Shown here in pieces: positions 11,901 to 28,434 of a stretch of DNA of 64,000 nt. The position numbers and the translations under genes are program-made. Source of the stretch: Balanoglossus misakiensis (Eukaryota; Animalia; Hemichordata); the NCBI GenBank assembly GCA_040954595.2, contig CM082594.2, forward strand, positions 8,563,573 to 8,627,572, in the 5' to 3' direction. The notes beneath the pieces are model-generated. The model saw nothing but the letters and a program-made list of their open reading frames with translations. It had not been told where the DNA came from and ran no database searches. How positions within the stretch are numbered: the first letter of the stretch is position 1; every line of letters starts with the position of its first letter.

Positions 11901-13657
11901 ACTCATACTGAAATAGCCTGAGCATGATTTGTGTACATCATGGGTACTTGCAATAATCAGATTGTGTCATTCAATGACCCCCACATTTGTAGATCAAAAA
12001 TACAATGATATCAAGAGAAAGGTACTTACGATTGAGTCCAATGTCATGATATGTTAAGATGGCTGGCTTCTTGCGATCTCCTTGAGTAGCAACATGGATG
12101 GTACCAATGCCAGTCTCAACATCTTCCTCCTGTGATCAAACAATCAATATTGTTTATAAAATAACTTCCAGTTTCCAAACATCTCCATTTCATTTTCCGT
12201 TGATCTCTTTCATGGAAAAGCCAAGCCAAAGCCTTGCCAGTGCCTCTATTCCCTAATTTTTCTTTTTTTAAGTGCCTATAGAATCGATTACACTCTAATG
12301 GTATTATACATCACATGCTAATAGGACTTGATGATGTCTACTCTAAAGCAGTTAAAAATTATTCCCAATGAAAATCAGGAAAATTACACAAACACGTCTT
12401 CTTTGGCCGGAGTAAAATAAATATTACTGATAATACAAATGTGCAAAATTTCACGAAAATGCAGACAGTAAAAGTTGAATTTCCAACAATTTTCAATGTA
12501 ATTCTATGGGAACAGAAACACTTGAAGTTCTCATTACATACATAATAGATGGCAATAACTGGCTGTAGACAGACCATATGCTAACACACAGACGACACTA
12601 CGTGATAGTCTAGAGGTTTCTTCAATGTGTAAGACATGCTATAAATAGAACTTGGTTTGTAATCGCTTGAACTCTTATGTTAAAACATAAAAATTAAATA
12701 AATTAGAAATACAGATATTCCACAGAGAGAAAAGTGCATAACAAAAAGTGTCAGTACAACACACTTAATATTTACAACAAATTTCATTTACACAAGACCA
12801 TAAGGCTGTTTCTTAGAGTTCAAACAGGACTTGTCTAATGCTAAGTGTCGCATGCTAAACGTCTAGGTAAATAGGTGGGTCTATTACAAACATGCAACAC
12901 ATTAGTATTTCAAACCTTCTGTACTGATGTCAACTACTTGCTGCCTTGCGTAGACATGTACTAAATATTTCAAACGTTTACAATTCACAAATGCTATAAT
13001 TCTCACAATGTAATCAGGGACAGAGTAAACACTTTCACGATGATTTATTACAAGATCGTGCACCTGTACATCAAAATACTGTAAAATACTGAATTCTGAC
13101 AAAATAGAAATCCGTCGCAGATTGTCTTCTGAGGCACCTCTACATAAGTGGAAAGATGGATATGTGAAGCATAAATGTGCCGCATACAAGTACAGCAGAG
13201 CCAGCCACCAAGAACAGTGCAAATACACTGAAATGGTGGGCAGGGAAAGCGTGATTTAACAGAACAGCAACTGAGCATACTAACCTTAACCAGAAAGGCC
13301 TGCATGGAATGGTAGTTGAAGAAAGACAAGTGTGCAAGAAAGGACAATGTTAATGGACATACATTTGTATATCTCAACCACAGTGAAAATGAGAAGACAG
13401 AACATGAAATTTGAATGTTAGTAACAAGAGACAACTATAGTAGACAGACGATACATATGCAGCTGATTAATTCAGGTAGGAATGCAAGCAGATTATACAG
13501 GCGTGGATTTGTTGTATTATGAAGTGAGGAATGGTGGACTTACCCCCGGCAATGAACTGCTTGTATTTGCTAATAACGGCATATCAGCTGTTATTTTGTC
13601 AAGTGACCGAGCAGCCACCTCTGTCACTTCAACATCACGAAGTTCTATGTCATCCAT
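8985..13657 (-). CDS. NDRG3: NDRG family protein (co-orthologue of NDRG1-4; non-catalytic alpha/beta hydrolase fold)
   Basis: About 11 exons: MDDIELRDVEVTE; KPAILTYHDIGLNH; HFCVYHVNAPGQEEGA; YPSMEQLAE; GFGVGAGANILSRFA; GWVEWGYQK; LADCGGMVLEEQPGKVCEAFRLFLQGIGY; Ser-rich tail with RSRTSS ending VC*. Confidence 0.93.
9308..9329. repeat. Poly-G run
   Basis: About 22 consecutive G in the last NDRG intron. Confidence 0.85.
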
Positions 13658-14964
13658 TTTCCTCTGAAATTGGCAAAAAAATCAACATTTCAATGAGCAA
13701 TTGGAGTGGAATAAAACAGGCAATGAACAATGCTGTCAGTTTTCACACATGGTACCTCCATGATCTCTCTCCATCATGAAAGTCTGCACGCATCACTGCA
13801 TCTATGGTGTTGATTGCTTGTAAATGATTAATGATACATACAGGTACATCTGTATGTATCTTTCAAAATCTATAGAACATAAATGTTGGTAGTCGGGGTT
13901 CCGTCGGACAAATTATACCCAACATGAGCTTTCTACCTGTCACTGCTGGTTGTTTACATTTGAACGCCCATGCATGCTGTGACTCAATAGTATACAAATA
14001 TGGATTTGTGACGTCATACGATAGGAACGTGATGTAAAAACTCACATTATCACAACCGACTGAGAAAAACTGATAGCTGATACGTTTCCACCAACATTCA
14101 GTATCATTCGTAGAAACAAATCCTCTATACCAGAAGGGGTGTTACTTTATAAAGACGTCAAACGTAGGCAATAGGGATGTTTTGATGTTTGGGATGTGAC
14201 GATCTCGAGATCTCGTGAGTTGAAACCGACATTTTTAAAACGCACCTCAGTCTTGAAACGGGTGCGAATGATGGTTAAATGAATGAAACGTTTTGTTTAA
14301 AGATAAACATCGGAACAAACGTCACCTACCTTCAATATCTGTTTGACTGTTTATATACTGCGACTTGATCTTTTTAGAATACGCCACCAGACAGGTGAGC
14401 CTAATATAGCGCAAAGATGTTTATGAAGGTGCACAATCGGTGTCGTCGTGACGAGGTCAACTGTATATTCGTAACGTGTTTTCTGATTGGTTTATATTTA
14501 CTATATACGGATTAGGTCACGTACATTTATCCAAAAAACACATCATTTGCTCAAAAGTTAACATTGTAAAATAAATACTTATTTAGTTTAATAAGAGTCC
14601 AAATAATTGCAAAAAGGTATAGTATTTTGTATGAGAAAATATTACGAGTACTGAAATGCGTTCTCTAATAACCAATTGGAAGAGACGTTTTATCAATGAA
14701 AGGGAATAGTTTACATTGGCGAAGGGGTTTCAGGGTGTGCGCTGGCTTAGTGATGTTATCAGATGATTTAGGCAGAGAATAAAACACGAAACAAGCCAAA
14801 TACAAAGCCATTATACTGCATTCCACTCACGTTAATTTGGAATTTAAACCACCGACATACTATGTGCCTGACAGCTCAGGCAGCAAATGTGCAGTCGACA
14901 TTCGTGACACGTACATGCACGTGTTTACTTTGTTTTGACCATTCTAAAAGTGGACGAGTCGAAA

Positions 14965-17900
14965 ATGAAAATGGCGACGTCCAGTGGGGAGGCGAAGGGT
15001 TGGCGTTCACATACTTTAGTGCATCTTGCAAGATCTAGATTTATCTGGATTCTTCTGGCCATCTTCGTTATTTTTATTCCTGTACATTCGAAGCCAGATT
15101 TTTCCCGCGCCGATATCAAACGGCTACGGTAATCGTTAAAACTTAGAATGATATTGTAGAAAGCGTCCCTGTCGATTGTTACTGTGCAATGTACATGTAG
15201 TGTTAGGGAAGAACCATTTGTAATTGGCCGGGGGTAGCTGCAATTATCATAGCCCTGATTCTTCAAGAGATTATTGGGGGGGGGGGGGTATACGAAAACG
15301 ATCTAGCGAGTGTTGCAGCAAATGGGAAGGGATGCACTGCTCACTAGGAGTATATTGAGAGTGCATTATCCGATATGATCGCCCCTCCCCCAACTTGGGG
15401 CGGGGCCATATGCCAAATTGGGGGAGGGGGGGCATATGGTACCTCCATGAACATTTATACACTGAAAGTCCTGACAGCCAAAATTGTTGACAATAAATGA
15501 TTAAGATATATATCTAAAATTTACCATGGTCTCGCATTCTTAATTAATGATAACTTACTTGTATTTTACAGAGAACGAACCCTATCCATGTTTACATATG
15601 CTTATGATAACTACTTGCGCTATGCATATCCGTTGGATGAACTCCGGCCAATCACATGTGATGGGCATGACACATGGGGAAGGTGTGTACATTAATCTGT
15701 TTCAAATAACAGCTGCATCCATAACATATCCCCTGATCTCAGGTGTACATACATTGAATGTTTTGTTTGTTTGATATTATCAGCTATTCACTGACACTGA
15801 TTGATGCGTTGGACACGCTGGCCATAATGGGAAATTACAGTGAATTTCAACGTGTCACAAACCTGTTGATCGAAGAGCTCAACTTTGACAACGATATAGA
15901 GGTGTCTGTCTTTGAAACCAACATCAGAGGTAACGTATCATCATTTACTTGAAACATTTAAATTATTCTGTGCAGATTTCAGGAGTTGTCCTTTTATGAT
16001 TGTTACCAAGGAAACGAAAACGCTCAAAGCTGTAGCCTATTTTGACAACTTACTATACTTTTCTTACCAGTGATTGGTGGCCTGTTGTCTGCTCATTTGT
16101 TTTCCAAACGAGCTGGACTCAAAGTGAGTAAACACTGGCCGTGTGATGGACCGCTGTTGGACTTGGCAGAGGACGCGGCACGGAGATTATTACCAGGTAC
16201 AGTCATACGAACACAGTTTTTGCTGTTGTAACACATTCACAGTGCAGATAATAAAAGTTAAGGTTGAGCTGCCTCGCCTGTCATCAACTCAAAGTTTTGT
16301 TTTCTGAATCCGTGTCATGTTCAAGTGATATAAAGCATTCCCGTTCTCTTTCTCAGCATTCAACACACCTACTGGCATGCCCTATGGCACTGTCAACCTA
16401 CAATATGGCGTCCCAGATAATGAAACTCCAGTGACGTGCACAGCGGGTGTGGCCACCTTTGTCGTTGAATTTGGAACCTTGAGTCGTTTGACTGGCAATC
16501 CAGTCTATGAAGAAACAGCACTCAAAGCTGTTGAGTCACTATGGCAATACAGATCAGAAATAGGGTTGGTAAGTGTGTAGTCAGACTGTTTAGGTGGTTT
16601 GGTTAACTCATCTTGACTTGCTGGATCTGTGGAGATTTCTGTGGAGATTTCAGCCACTGATTAATGATATACTAATGTACTCCCTTAGGTTGGAAATCAT
16701 ATCGACGTTAAGACGGGCCAGTGGGTTGCTTTGGATTCTGGCATTGGTGCAGGAGTTGACTCCTACCTGGAATATCTTGTCAAAGGAAGTCTGCTGCTCA
16801 ATAATCCCAAACTAATGGAGATGTTTACAGGTAAAAATATGAGAGCCTACAAACAGTGTTTATTTCATGTGTTCGTTGTTATTGAATGCTGATTTAATAC
16901 AGAATGATGTGACAGTCTTGTAAGGTAGCACTCTTTGGTTATTTCATCATACAGAGTACGAAAAAGCTGTAAAAGAGTACGTCAAACATGATGACTGGTA
17001 CATGTGGGTCAACATGAAGAAAGGTCATGTGACTATGCCAATATTCCAATCCTTAGATGCCTATTGGCCAGGAATTCAGGTAAGAATTACAATGACATAA
17101 GACATAACTCATCACAAAATTCTTTTATCAAGTGGTACTTGAATGACTATCATGCATACATAATATGGTGGAATATACAAAAACAACTGAACAAGCTAAG
17201 TGATAATCTTACGTAGAATAATGATATTATCATATCAATTCGCAAGACAGCAACATGGGACAGCTATCAGATATTCAAGACTTTTTCTGACCGTAATGGT
17301 ACAGGAAATAGACCGCCAACCTGTTCATAGAATCTTACTGTGCATACAGCAAGAAGCCAGAAAAACTACAATACACGTTTCCATTACTGTGTAAGGTGTA
17401 ACCAGCCCATAGCCTGAGCCATACCTCATCACCCTCTCGTAACTGCAGTATTGCGCTGTTACTGACCATATCATGCGATACATCGTCATCCCAAACTGAT
17501 ACAACAATATCATTATTCTTCATTAGATTAACATAAAGGGGGCCACCGTCGAGGCTTTTTCTGAGAGCAAACATGAAAACATAAGCCCCTGGCACGGTGC
17601 AGGAAAACTTGGAGGTGGCCTTGTTGTAGTTGTTGCCAATATTTGTAAGAATTTGATTGAATGGAATGGCGATGTTTTCATCAGCTGCTAGTGATGCATT
17701 CCTGGTGACACTGAAAGCTGACTGTTGATTGGCTGGGATCGCCGCTTCCCCTTTCAAGCCAGGTGGCCCAGTAGGACCAGCCTTGCCTGGCAAACCAAAT
17801 CCGGGTTCACCTGGTATTCCCGGCTGCCCTGGCTCTCCGGGTTCGCCTTTGCTTCCCGGAGTGCCGTTCAATCCGTTGTGTCCTGGAGAACCTGGAATGT

Positions 17901-19887
17901 CAATGTTAAAACAGCAAATGATTCTCATGTATCAGTACATCTCATGTTATTTTTGGCTGTGCAAATATAACTGGATTTAAATTACCGACCTGGCATGCCT
18001 GGTATTCCACTGCAGCAAGAGTTACATGTAGCTGAATCCTGACAGTAACTGTAGCCAGTACATATCAGCAGAACCAAAATAGGAAAGCCCAGCTCCATGA
18101 TAGGGATCTTAGTGTATTCTACCTGGTACTGTGAATCCTAGATATACCAATAAGATGCGAGAAAATGACATTTACGGAAAAATAAAAACTTAAGAGGTCA
18201 ACCTGTACAGAACAAGGTTACCAGACAGACTGCAGAGATAAACTGTTGACACATTCATAGGAAACTGATTTGAAATGTCCAGAATTGGAAATTGTATGTG
18301 ACAAAGGCAGTGGCATTTTTAGTGAGAAGCAAATTTTTTAGCTCAAAAGTGCTCGAAGCACTAAGTACTTACTGTGGTTGATGCACTGTCTGTGGCCAGC
18401 TGGGATCTATGACAGTGATAATGTTGTGTTTTCTTCAGAGCTGGCTTGGAAATCTGATATAACCATTTCCTAGAAGATCCGCTTCCTGTTTCCTTACATT
18501 CCCATCACTTCCTGTCACATGTCATTGACATCACATTGATATCAACTTCAAATCCCTCTGAGAACTGACAATTATCCTGTTTGTTTGCTTGGTAGTTTTG
18601 GAATAGATAATTCACAACATGTCCAAGTTTAGTTATTTGATACCCTGGAGACTTGACCCGAGGTCACCTTGGCACAGCAGAGTATCATGACACGTAAATG
18701 TTTATAAAACAGTATCACGGAACTGTAGTGGCAAATCTGTAACTATTTTCTTAACCCTTTCACCACCATGGTTTGATCCAAACCCATTGTTTTTTGTGCT
18801 AAAGTTGGACCTCTATACAGGGAAAAAGGGATGGGGTCAAAGGTTTGAAAGACATAATTGATATCAGCCAGCTTTTGAGATTGTGTCTTGTCCATTTCAG
18901 TTCATATTTGCTGTGTCTGTTCCATTCATTGCAGAGTTTATTGGGCAACATTGACGAAGCCATGAAGACCATGCATAACTATCATCAAGTCTGGAAACAG
19001 CTTGGGTTTATACCAGAATTTTACAGCATTGTTAACAGTTTACCCGTTGACAAGAGAGAGGGCTATCCCCTCAGACCAGGTCAGTATCACAATCTAACAG
19101 AACAATTACTTCAGTATTTCAAATTGACATAATTATTAGTATGATCTCCTGCAACTGCACCACAGTTGTGCAAACCACTTGTAACAAAGACAAAGCTGGT
19201 CTTACTAATATTGTGAAATCTTCGCTGTTGACAGAACTGGTGGAGAGTGCTGTGTACCTGTACAAAGCAACAAGAGATCCCTTCTTACTCGAAGTTGGCA
19301 GAGACATCTTGGAATCCATAGAAGCAAGCGCTAAAACAGACTGTGGATATAGTTCAGTAAGTATGCCACTATCAGAGAATGTACCTCATGTTGACAGACA
19401 CAAATCTTGGCTGAACAAAAATCATTTTATCTGTTCACAGATCAAAAATGTCATGAACCACCAACTAGACAACAGGATGGAGTCTTTCTTCCTAGCTGAA
19501 ACCACCAAATATTTGTATCTATTATTTGATGAGGGCAATTTCTTGCATGGCGACGGTAGCCACGGTGACATTGTACAGCGTGTCGACGGGGAGTGTATCC
19601 TAAACACAGGTAGTTATATTTTCAACACCGAAGCACATCCAGTGGATCTTGCAGCATTGAGGTGCTGTATGGAAAGCAAAGACCAACAACGATTTAAAAA
19701 GTTCATGAAAAGTCTGAAAGGTAGCAATCTTCACAAAGCCAAGTCACTGAGAAATTATTTACAGAAGAAACAAAAATCTGTTTCACCTGAAATCGGGTTT
19801 ACTGCTAACTTTACCTGTCCTGCACAGCCTTTTCATAGCAGGCTGTCACTTTTAGGAGAAATGTTTTTATCCGATGACAAAACTTAA
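14965..19887 (+). CDS. EDEM2: ER degradation-enhancing alpha-mannosidase-like protein 2 (GH47)
   Basis: N-terminal hydrophobic segment, then [92 protein letters not shown], and EDEM2-type C-terminus [17 protein letters not shown]. Start ATG at 14965 or 14971. Confidence 0.94.
17335..18098 (-). CDS. Secreted C1q/TNF-related (CTRP/adiponectin-like) protein nested antisense in an EDEM2 intron
   Basis: Exon 17990-18098 (signal peptide [30 protein letters not shown]) splices in phase 1 to 17335-17891 (Gly-X-Y collagen, then gC1q: [55 protein letters not shown]). Confidence 0.92.
18751..18848. mobile_element. ~95-bp TTAA-flanked MITE-like repeat, copy 2
   Basis: TTAACCCTTTCACCACCATGGTTTG...GTTGGACCTCTATACAGGGAAAAAGGGATGGGGTCAAAGGTTTGA. 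Confidence 0.6.
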
Positions 19888-22120
19888 TATGTATTTATAT
19901 ATTGTTTGACAATTTGAATAAAAATTATCTATAAACTAATTTGTGGTGTCCTGGTGAATCTGTAAAAATATGCATAACATAAGAATACATGCATATATTT
20001 GTTTTGCCCTTTAAAAATGTTTTATTGACAAACATTTTTCGACATAGCAATATAAATTCACTTATAAGTATAATACGAGTTGTAGATGTCTGTCAAGCTC
20101 ACTCTATGAAAATATGTTTATGGTTAAAAAAAATTTCCTTTTTGAAAGTTTGTCAGAAGTCAATGCCACTATATGTGGTAAAACTAAAAACGAAAGAACC
20201 AATGCAGTGGACACTGGGCGCTGTAACAAACAACATGATACATTTCCCTCCTTGGTAAGACAGTGATTGGAAAAGAGCAAAATCTGCCTCACAATGCTTG
20301 TCTATGGAAGTATTTATGAAATAGCACTGTCATTCTGACAGTTACTCATGGGTGGGGTTGGGTAGGTGCCAAGCATTTGCTCCATGAACCCAAAGAAATA
20401 GTAACTCGTTATAAGCTTTAAATACACAGAAAATAGTGATGCTTTAAAAGACAGTGGAATAATTCTCTACTTGAAATAATGTGCAACTAAAACATGGATT
20501 TATATAGATGTCTGACATATAAAACTTCAAACATTGTTTCTTTAAGATATGTATACATAACATAAAAAAGACTTGGTCAACATTCATGGCCAGCTAAGAT
20601 TTACAAACACATTTTATAAGCACAGCACACACACCAACACTTTGACACAGGTACTAGAACGAATCCACATGTCAGTTACCATTTACAGATGATAGTAAAT
20701 CTTTGTTACGGACTGAATTTCTGCTTAGGATAAATATCTATTCAACTCTTTCAAAGTGACTGGGTCATCCAGTACATTTAACATTAGGCGACCTAGCTAC
20801 TTCAATACATTAATTTTTCCCAGCGAATGTAGTTGTATATGTTAATTTGTTAAACATCTATTTTCTCTATGATAACACATAATAACATTTCCTGCACAGC
20901 TGCAAGGACTTGTACACGCATTTTGCAACGTATTACCCGTTTATCTTGTAGTCACAATGCTCACTTGTTTGATTTTCTTCAACAATTTGGCCGTAATATT
21001 AGTTATGCTTTATTGCAAAGGTGGGTTTTCAAATAAATAGACAATACAAAATTCAAGATTGCTATTTTCTGAAGCAACTGCCTTTTGAGTTGATAAAACC
21101 TAAAAAGCCCTATCTCTGATGTCGAGTCACTTCAAGACAAAGACCATCCAATTTCCTGAGTGACTTATGCAGCAGCTTAGGTTAAATAGTAGATCAGGGT
21201 GTTTTTTTTCAATTCATGATTCTCACTTGACTTGAAAATAAAGTATGCTGAAAATTCACACCATTTCTGGAATACACATTTCAGAGTATACTAGTATCTT
21301 TTTGAGTATATACTTAATGAACATCAATATTATGAGGTTCTATACCCCACAATGATAGTCTGTTTGGTTTTTCCAAGAATGTGAAGAAGTTCAAATTTCT
21401 CTGCTAGTGTGGCTACCCTGAGTTGGCACACAACATTATTGCAATAATTATATTCACAGCTTTGGAGCTTGGTGGATGGAATTCTTCAAATTCATTCACA
21501 TGATTGTCATTTCAACACGACAAAGCTGACATACATTTATATTTCTAATAAATTCACGATGTTATATTGTGCTGGGATACGGAATCATTGTGACCCATCC
21601 ATCATCAACACAGACTTCAGTCTCAACTTGCTTCTACACATATACAATTTCTTCCACAACTTAATTGTATGAGTCCACAGTATTTACATATATTATGCCT
21701 TTAAACAGGCAGTAAGCATATCTCCAAGACCGATACCTTGGTGTGGTTCAGTATATTAAAGCAACATACGAAACAAAATGATGTCTGTCACTGGTGTAAT
21801 TATTAGAATTTCACAATCAGGGAAAAATACAGTCCCTTGGAATCTCTGTTTTTTTTTTTTGTTCTTCAAGTAGCAGTGTTGTTTAGAATTTGAGGTAAGC
21901 ACCAGTATAAAATATTATAAGGACACAGTTTTGGAAATATTTCAGGGCAGAAAAAGTTGAAACCCAACCAGGTTTTGTTTGGGTTAGGTTCTGACTTGAG
22001 TAATAATGAGTATGAAAGTTGAGAGAGAGAGAGGGATAGATATGGTTTTCCATGACAGTAATACTATCTGGATGAATGCTTATCAAAGAGTTGCATAGTT
22101 ACACAGCAAGGCTAAGCTTG

Positions 22121-24869
<2,749 letters not shown>

Positions 24870-25293
24870 CTATCCTAAATAAAAACGATAAATTACAGTC
24901 ATGCTACATGTACGTGTACCATCATTTGAACACTCACCAGCCAGTATCTTTGTACAACAAAAACATGCATTATGGTACCTTTCACATACATGTACGAACA
25001 AAAGATAAGACTGCATGTAAATTTTTCCACTTCACATGAAGAATATTTGACAGTACATCCCACGAGCAATGCAGAAACCTTACACGACAAAAATGCTGAA
25101 AGCAGCATCTTGTTACATGTATTAACTGACAAACCATTATACCCCAGAAATAGCATGGAGTTAAAGTAAGACACCATGGAAATAGCAAGCATGTACACGC
25201 ACTGGGTAATTGATACTTGCTCTAATTGTTGAATGGTATTCCAAATGAATGCACACATGAACAATTCAAGCCTCCCTTTGCTTGGTCATTGCA

Positions 25294-25388
25294 TTAACCC
25301 TGTCATCACGATGTCGTCCAACTCCATTCTTAGTTGTAAGTGGTAGTTTTGGACATTTACACTGCGGGAACAGGGGTGGGTGGGTTCA
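25294..25388. mobile_element. ~95-bp TTAA-flanked MITE-like repeat, copy 3 (more diverged)
   Basis: TTAACCCTGTCATCAC...TTGGACATTTACACTGCGGGAACAGGGGTGGGTGGGTTCA. Confidence 0.5.
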
Positions 25389-28300
25389 TGGATGATTAAT
25401 TTCTTTCCTTTTGATACAGTGTCTATTGGGAATACGCTGTGCAAATGAAAATTAAATCCCATCATTAATTATAATATATTTCTATTTGTTAAATCTTGCT
25501 GTGCATGCAAAGACATTTGAATTTTGAATCACCAGTAATTATGGATGGCAATTTAACTGTTTGACTATCACTGCGTTCGGTTTAAAGCATAGCTGGATAA
25601 AAATTACAATACAAACAGTCATTACATTTTTGACCAGTATAAAATTACAAGCACCATACTGGGGGTCATAGCTGAGTCACATCCCTTCTGCATTGATATC
25701 TCATTCTGTGGACATTTTTTCATCATTACGAACTTCCAATACATATGTCTCTATTTAGAAGACCACTGACCTCTAATTTCACATTCAAGTAATTTAACCA
25801 AAAATGCAGACTGGTATACACAGAGATTTTTGTAACTGTCTGTTCCACATCAGGGACTCAGTGCATACATATAATACCATATGCAATTTTGACCTACATG
25901 TAATAACACTCAAATTTCTACCAAGACATTGAATCGATTGGATTGTAGCTCACGCTGGTTTAATAATTTTGTGTCAACGAAACCAGGGCAATGGCTTGAA
26001 CTCTGACCTTAAAAGCTTACCCACCCTGATAAACTGTGCACATAGAGTCAAATCCATGAGCATTACCCAGGTGCAAACATTCATCAATGGAATCTCAAAC
26101 GTCCAATAAACCTGTTTAAAACATTCCATTCCCAGTGGAGAGCTATTTCATTATATTGATATTATATTAACACTACCTCCCAATTCAGCATACATACATT
26201 GTACATGTATTTCTACAAATCTGTGTTTATTTCCATAAAGTTAGCTATGCTATGATGTCATGGAGAAAACTGAAAGTAACGGCCTGATATGAAATAAATA
26301 CAGTATAATCCTGAGTAGATTAGATAATCCTCCAGCTATACATAATCTTGCTGACAACTGTAATAGAGTGAGACAATTGGCCTTTTGTGAAAAGAAAACA
26401 GTGAACACTGACGCATAGCTAGGGAGTTGAGAGTAGCAATGTAGTAACAACTGAGAGATCAAAGGCATGCTGCCGCAGTGGCCCTTAATTGTTAAGCGTA
26501 TCAATCAAAGAGATAATTGGTCAAAGCACTGATCAATTGGCAACTCTGTTTTCATTACCATACTAATGTGTGAGTTGGTCATACTGCTCTGAGTGACTTC
26601 CCTTGACTCCAGAATGTAAATTGTGAGCGTGTACAGAGAAAGTATCCTGCCGAGGTCGAGCGGCTCGATTCAAATGATTTATAGGGTTGTTGAAAGGTAC
26701 TGAAGTATTATGAGTGATGTTGTTGTTCTTCTTATGGTCTGGAGGACACAGTCAATGATACCTACATACAAATGTTTGTGTTACTTTATAGCCATAGCGC
26801 ATAACATGTCTTGTCGGTACATCTTCTTTGGCGTACGTTTTAGCTGAAAAGTATAAGGCCGTGACCACTGACTGTACCGTATGTATAACCCGGAGCAATA
26901 AGTTCTCCGCTTGACATGAACAAAGAGAATCCAATGGAGCAATAGAACTTATGAAGTAAAAGAGGTTTAATTAATATACTGCCCTTACAATTTTGAAATA
27001 ATCACTCCAGGAGTTAGAACTTCTTGAACTGCGTGGTTTCATCACTGCACAAAAATACAATAGACCGACTAATTAACTGTAAATCACCAAATTGAACAAA
27101 AACAATATAATCATTGAATTGAACAAAAACAATATATTCATTGACAATAGCAGTACTGTAAATATAGCTGGCAGATTAATCCACAGGATTGCAAGAAACT
27201 TTCTCTTGATTGCGACTTTAAAGAACGAACTATCCATTTCTGCGGCCTCGTCTTTCAAACTAGGGAACAAAGCACACTTATTGTAGTGTACAATGTATTG
27301 TGACAAATGATATTATTCACATACTTAAACTGTCTTTTATGTTCAGATGTTGCACGTTCATTGTGCTCCTTGCTGTAAGCGTGAATCTGAAAATGGTTCA
27401 CTGGTGTTGAGGAAACCCAGTCACGGTCATGTTATATGTAAATTACAAGCTCATATTTTTATAAGGAGTCCTATTACCTTCTTTTATAAACAAAGGTAGT
27501 ACAGCCTGGCTATGACTTATTATGTCATTTTAGGGTATCTCCCTCTCTGTGACCTTAGAGTTGTTGATGGTTGTGTTAACTAAACCTGAGCATACATGAA
27601 GTATGCCTTAACGTTTTTCTTCGAATGCGACAGAAATAGCAACATGGTTGTCCCTTTATTTTCGTGGCTTTTAGCTGAAGAAGCAATCCAGGTTTGGTAG
27701 TCAATGTGATGGCGAGTACGATCATGGAGTGATCGCTATCGCAATAATAATGACTGTGACTCAAAGCTGTTGAACACTCGTCGAGTTGACACTCTATCTC
27801 TGACCAGATACATGTCCAAATTGAAGCTACCAAGGCCCATTCACAGTGTAGTTCTTTAAACTTTGAACTAAAACTACGGTTGTACATTTCCCATCCCACT
27901 GTGTGAGGGAACCGTCACTCAGAATCGATGTACCCTTCCGGGCCCGTCCTGATCGGTAATCACAGCACCGCAGAGCGAACGGGTGGTATTCACATCGACT
28001 ATATATCATGAGAAAAGGTACAAGATGCAACTTACCTCAATTAAAAGCTAGGTTTTGCTAACCCTGAAGAACACACATAGTTTTGGGAGTTTACTACCAT
28101 AAACAGTGGGAAACGAGTTCTAACATGGCTGCCGGATGTTCTCGCTGTGTATTGTGGGAAACTTCAAGATGACCACATCGATGCTCCCCAGGCTCCCATT
28201 GCAAACTCAACAATTTAATACCAAAGACACTTTTCACACTTCCACCCAGTGTATATGATATTACTACTATATGGTTCATTTATTTTTTTCGTTTCCTTGT

Positions 28301-28434
28301 TTTCTCTCCATGTACTGAATGTGACATAAGCCATACAATAAAGTTCACACAAAAATCAGCACACACTCGTCCATAGAACTGACACATTGAGTAAAAAAAA
28401 TATTCGCAAAGACTTCTGACTTTATTCACATAAT

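Noticed and set aside
17725-17980. Gly/Pro-rich plus-strand ORFs
   Set aside because: Reverse-strand artefacts of collagen codons in the nested C1q gene.
19141-19887. 248-aa ORF as a separate gene
   Set aside because: It is the last two EDEM2 exons read through stop-free intron sequence, including the 84-nt intron 19357-19440.
27090-27145. Two-copy ~27-bp tandem repeat
   Set aside because: Simple AT-rich slippage duplication with no spacers; not CRISPR-like, and the DNA is eukaryotic.
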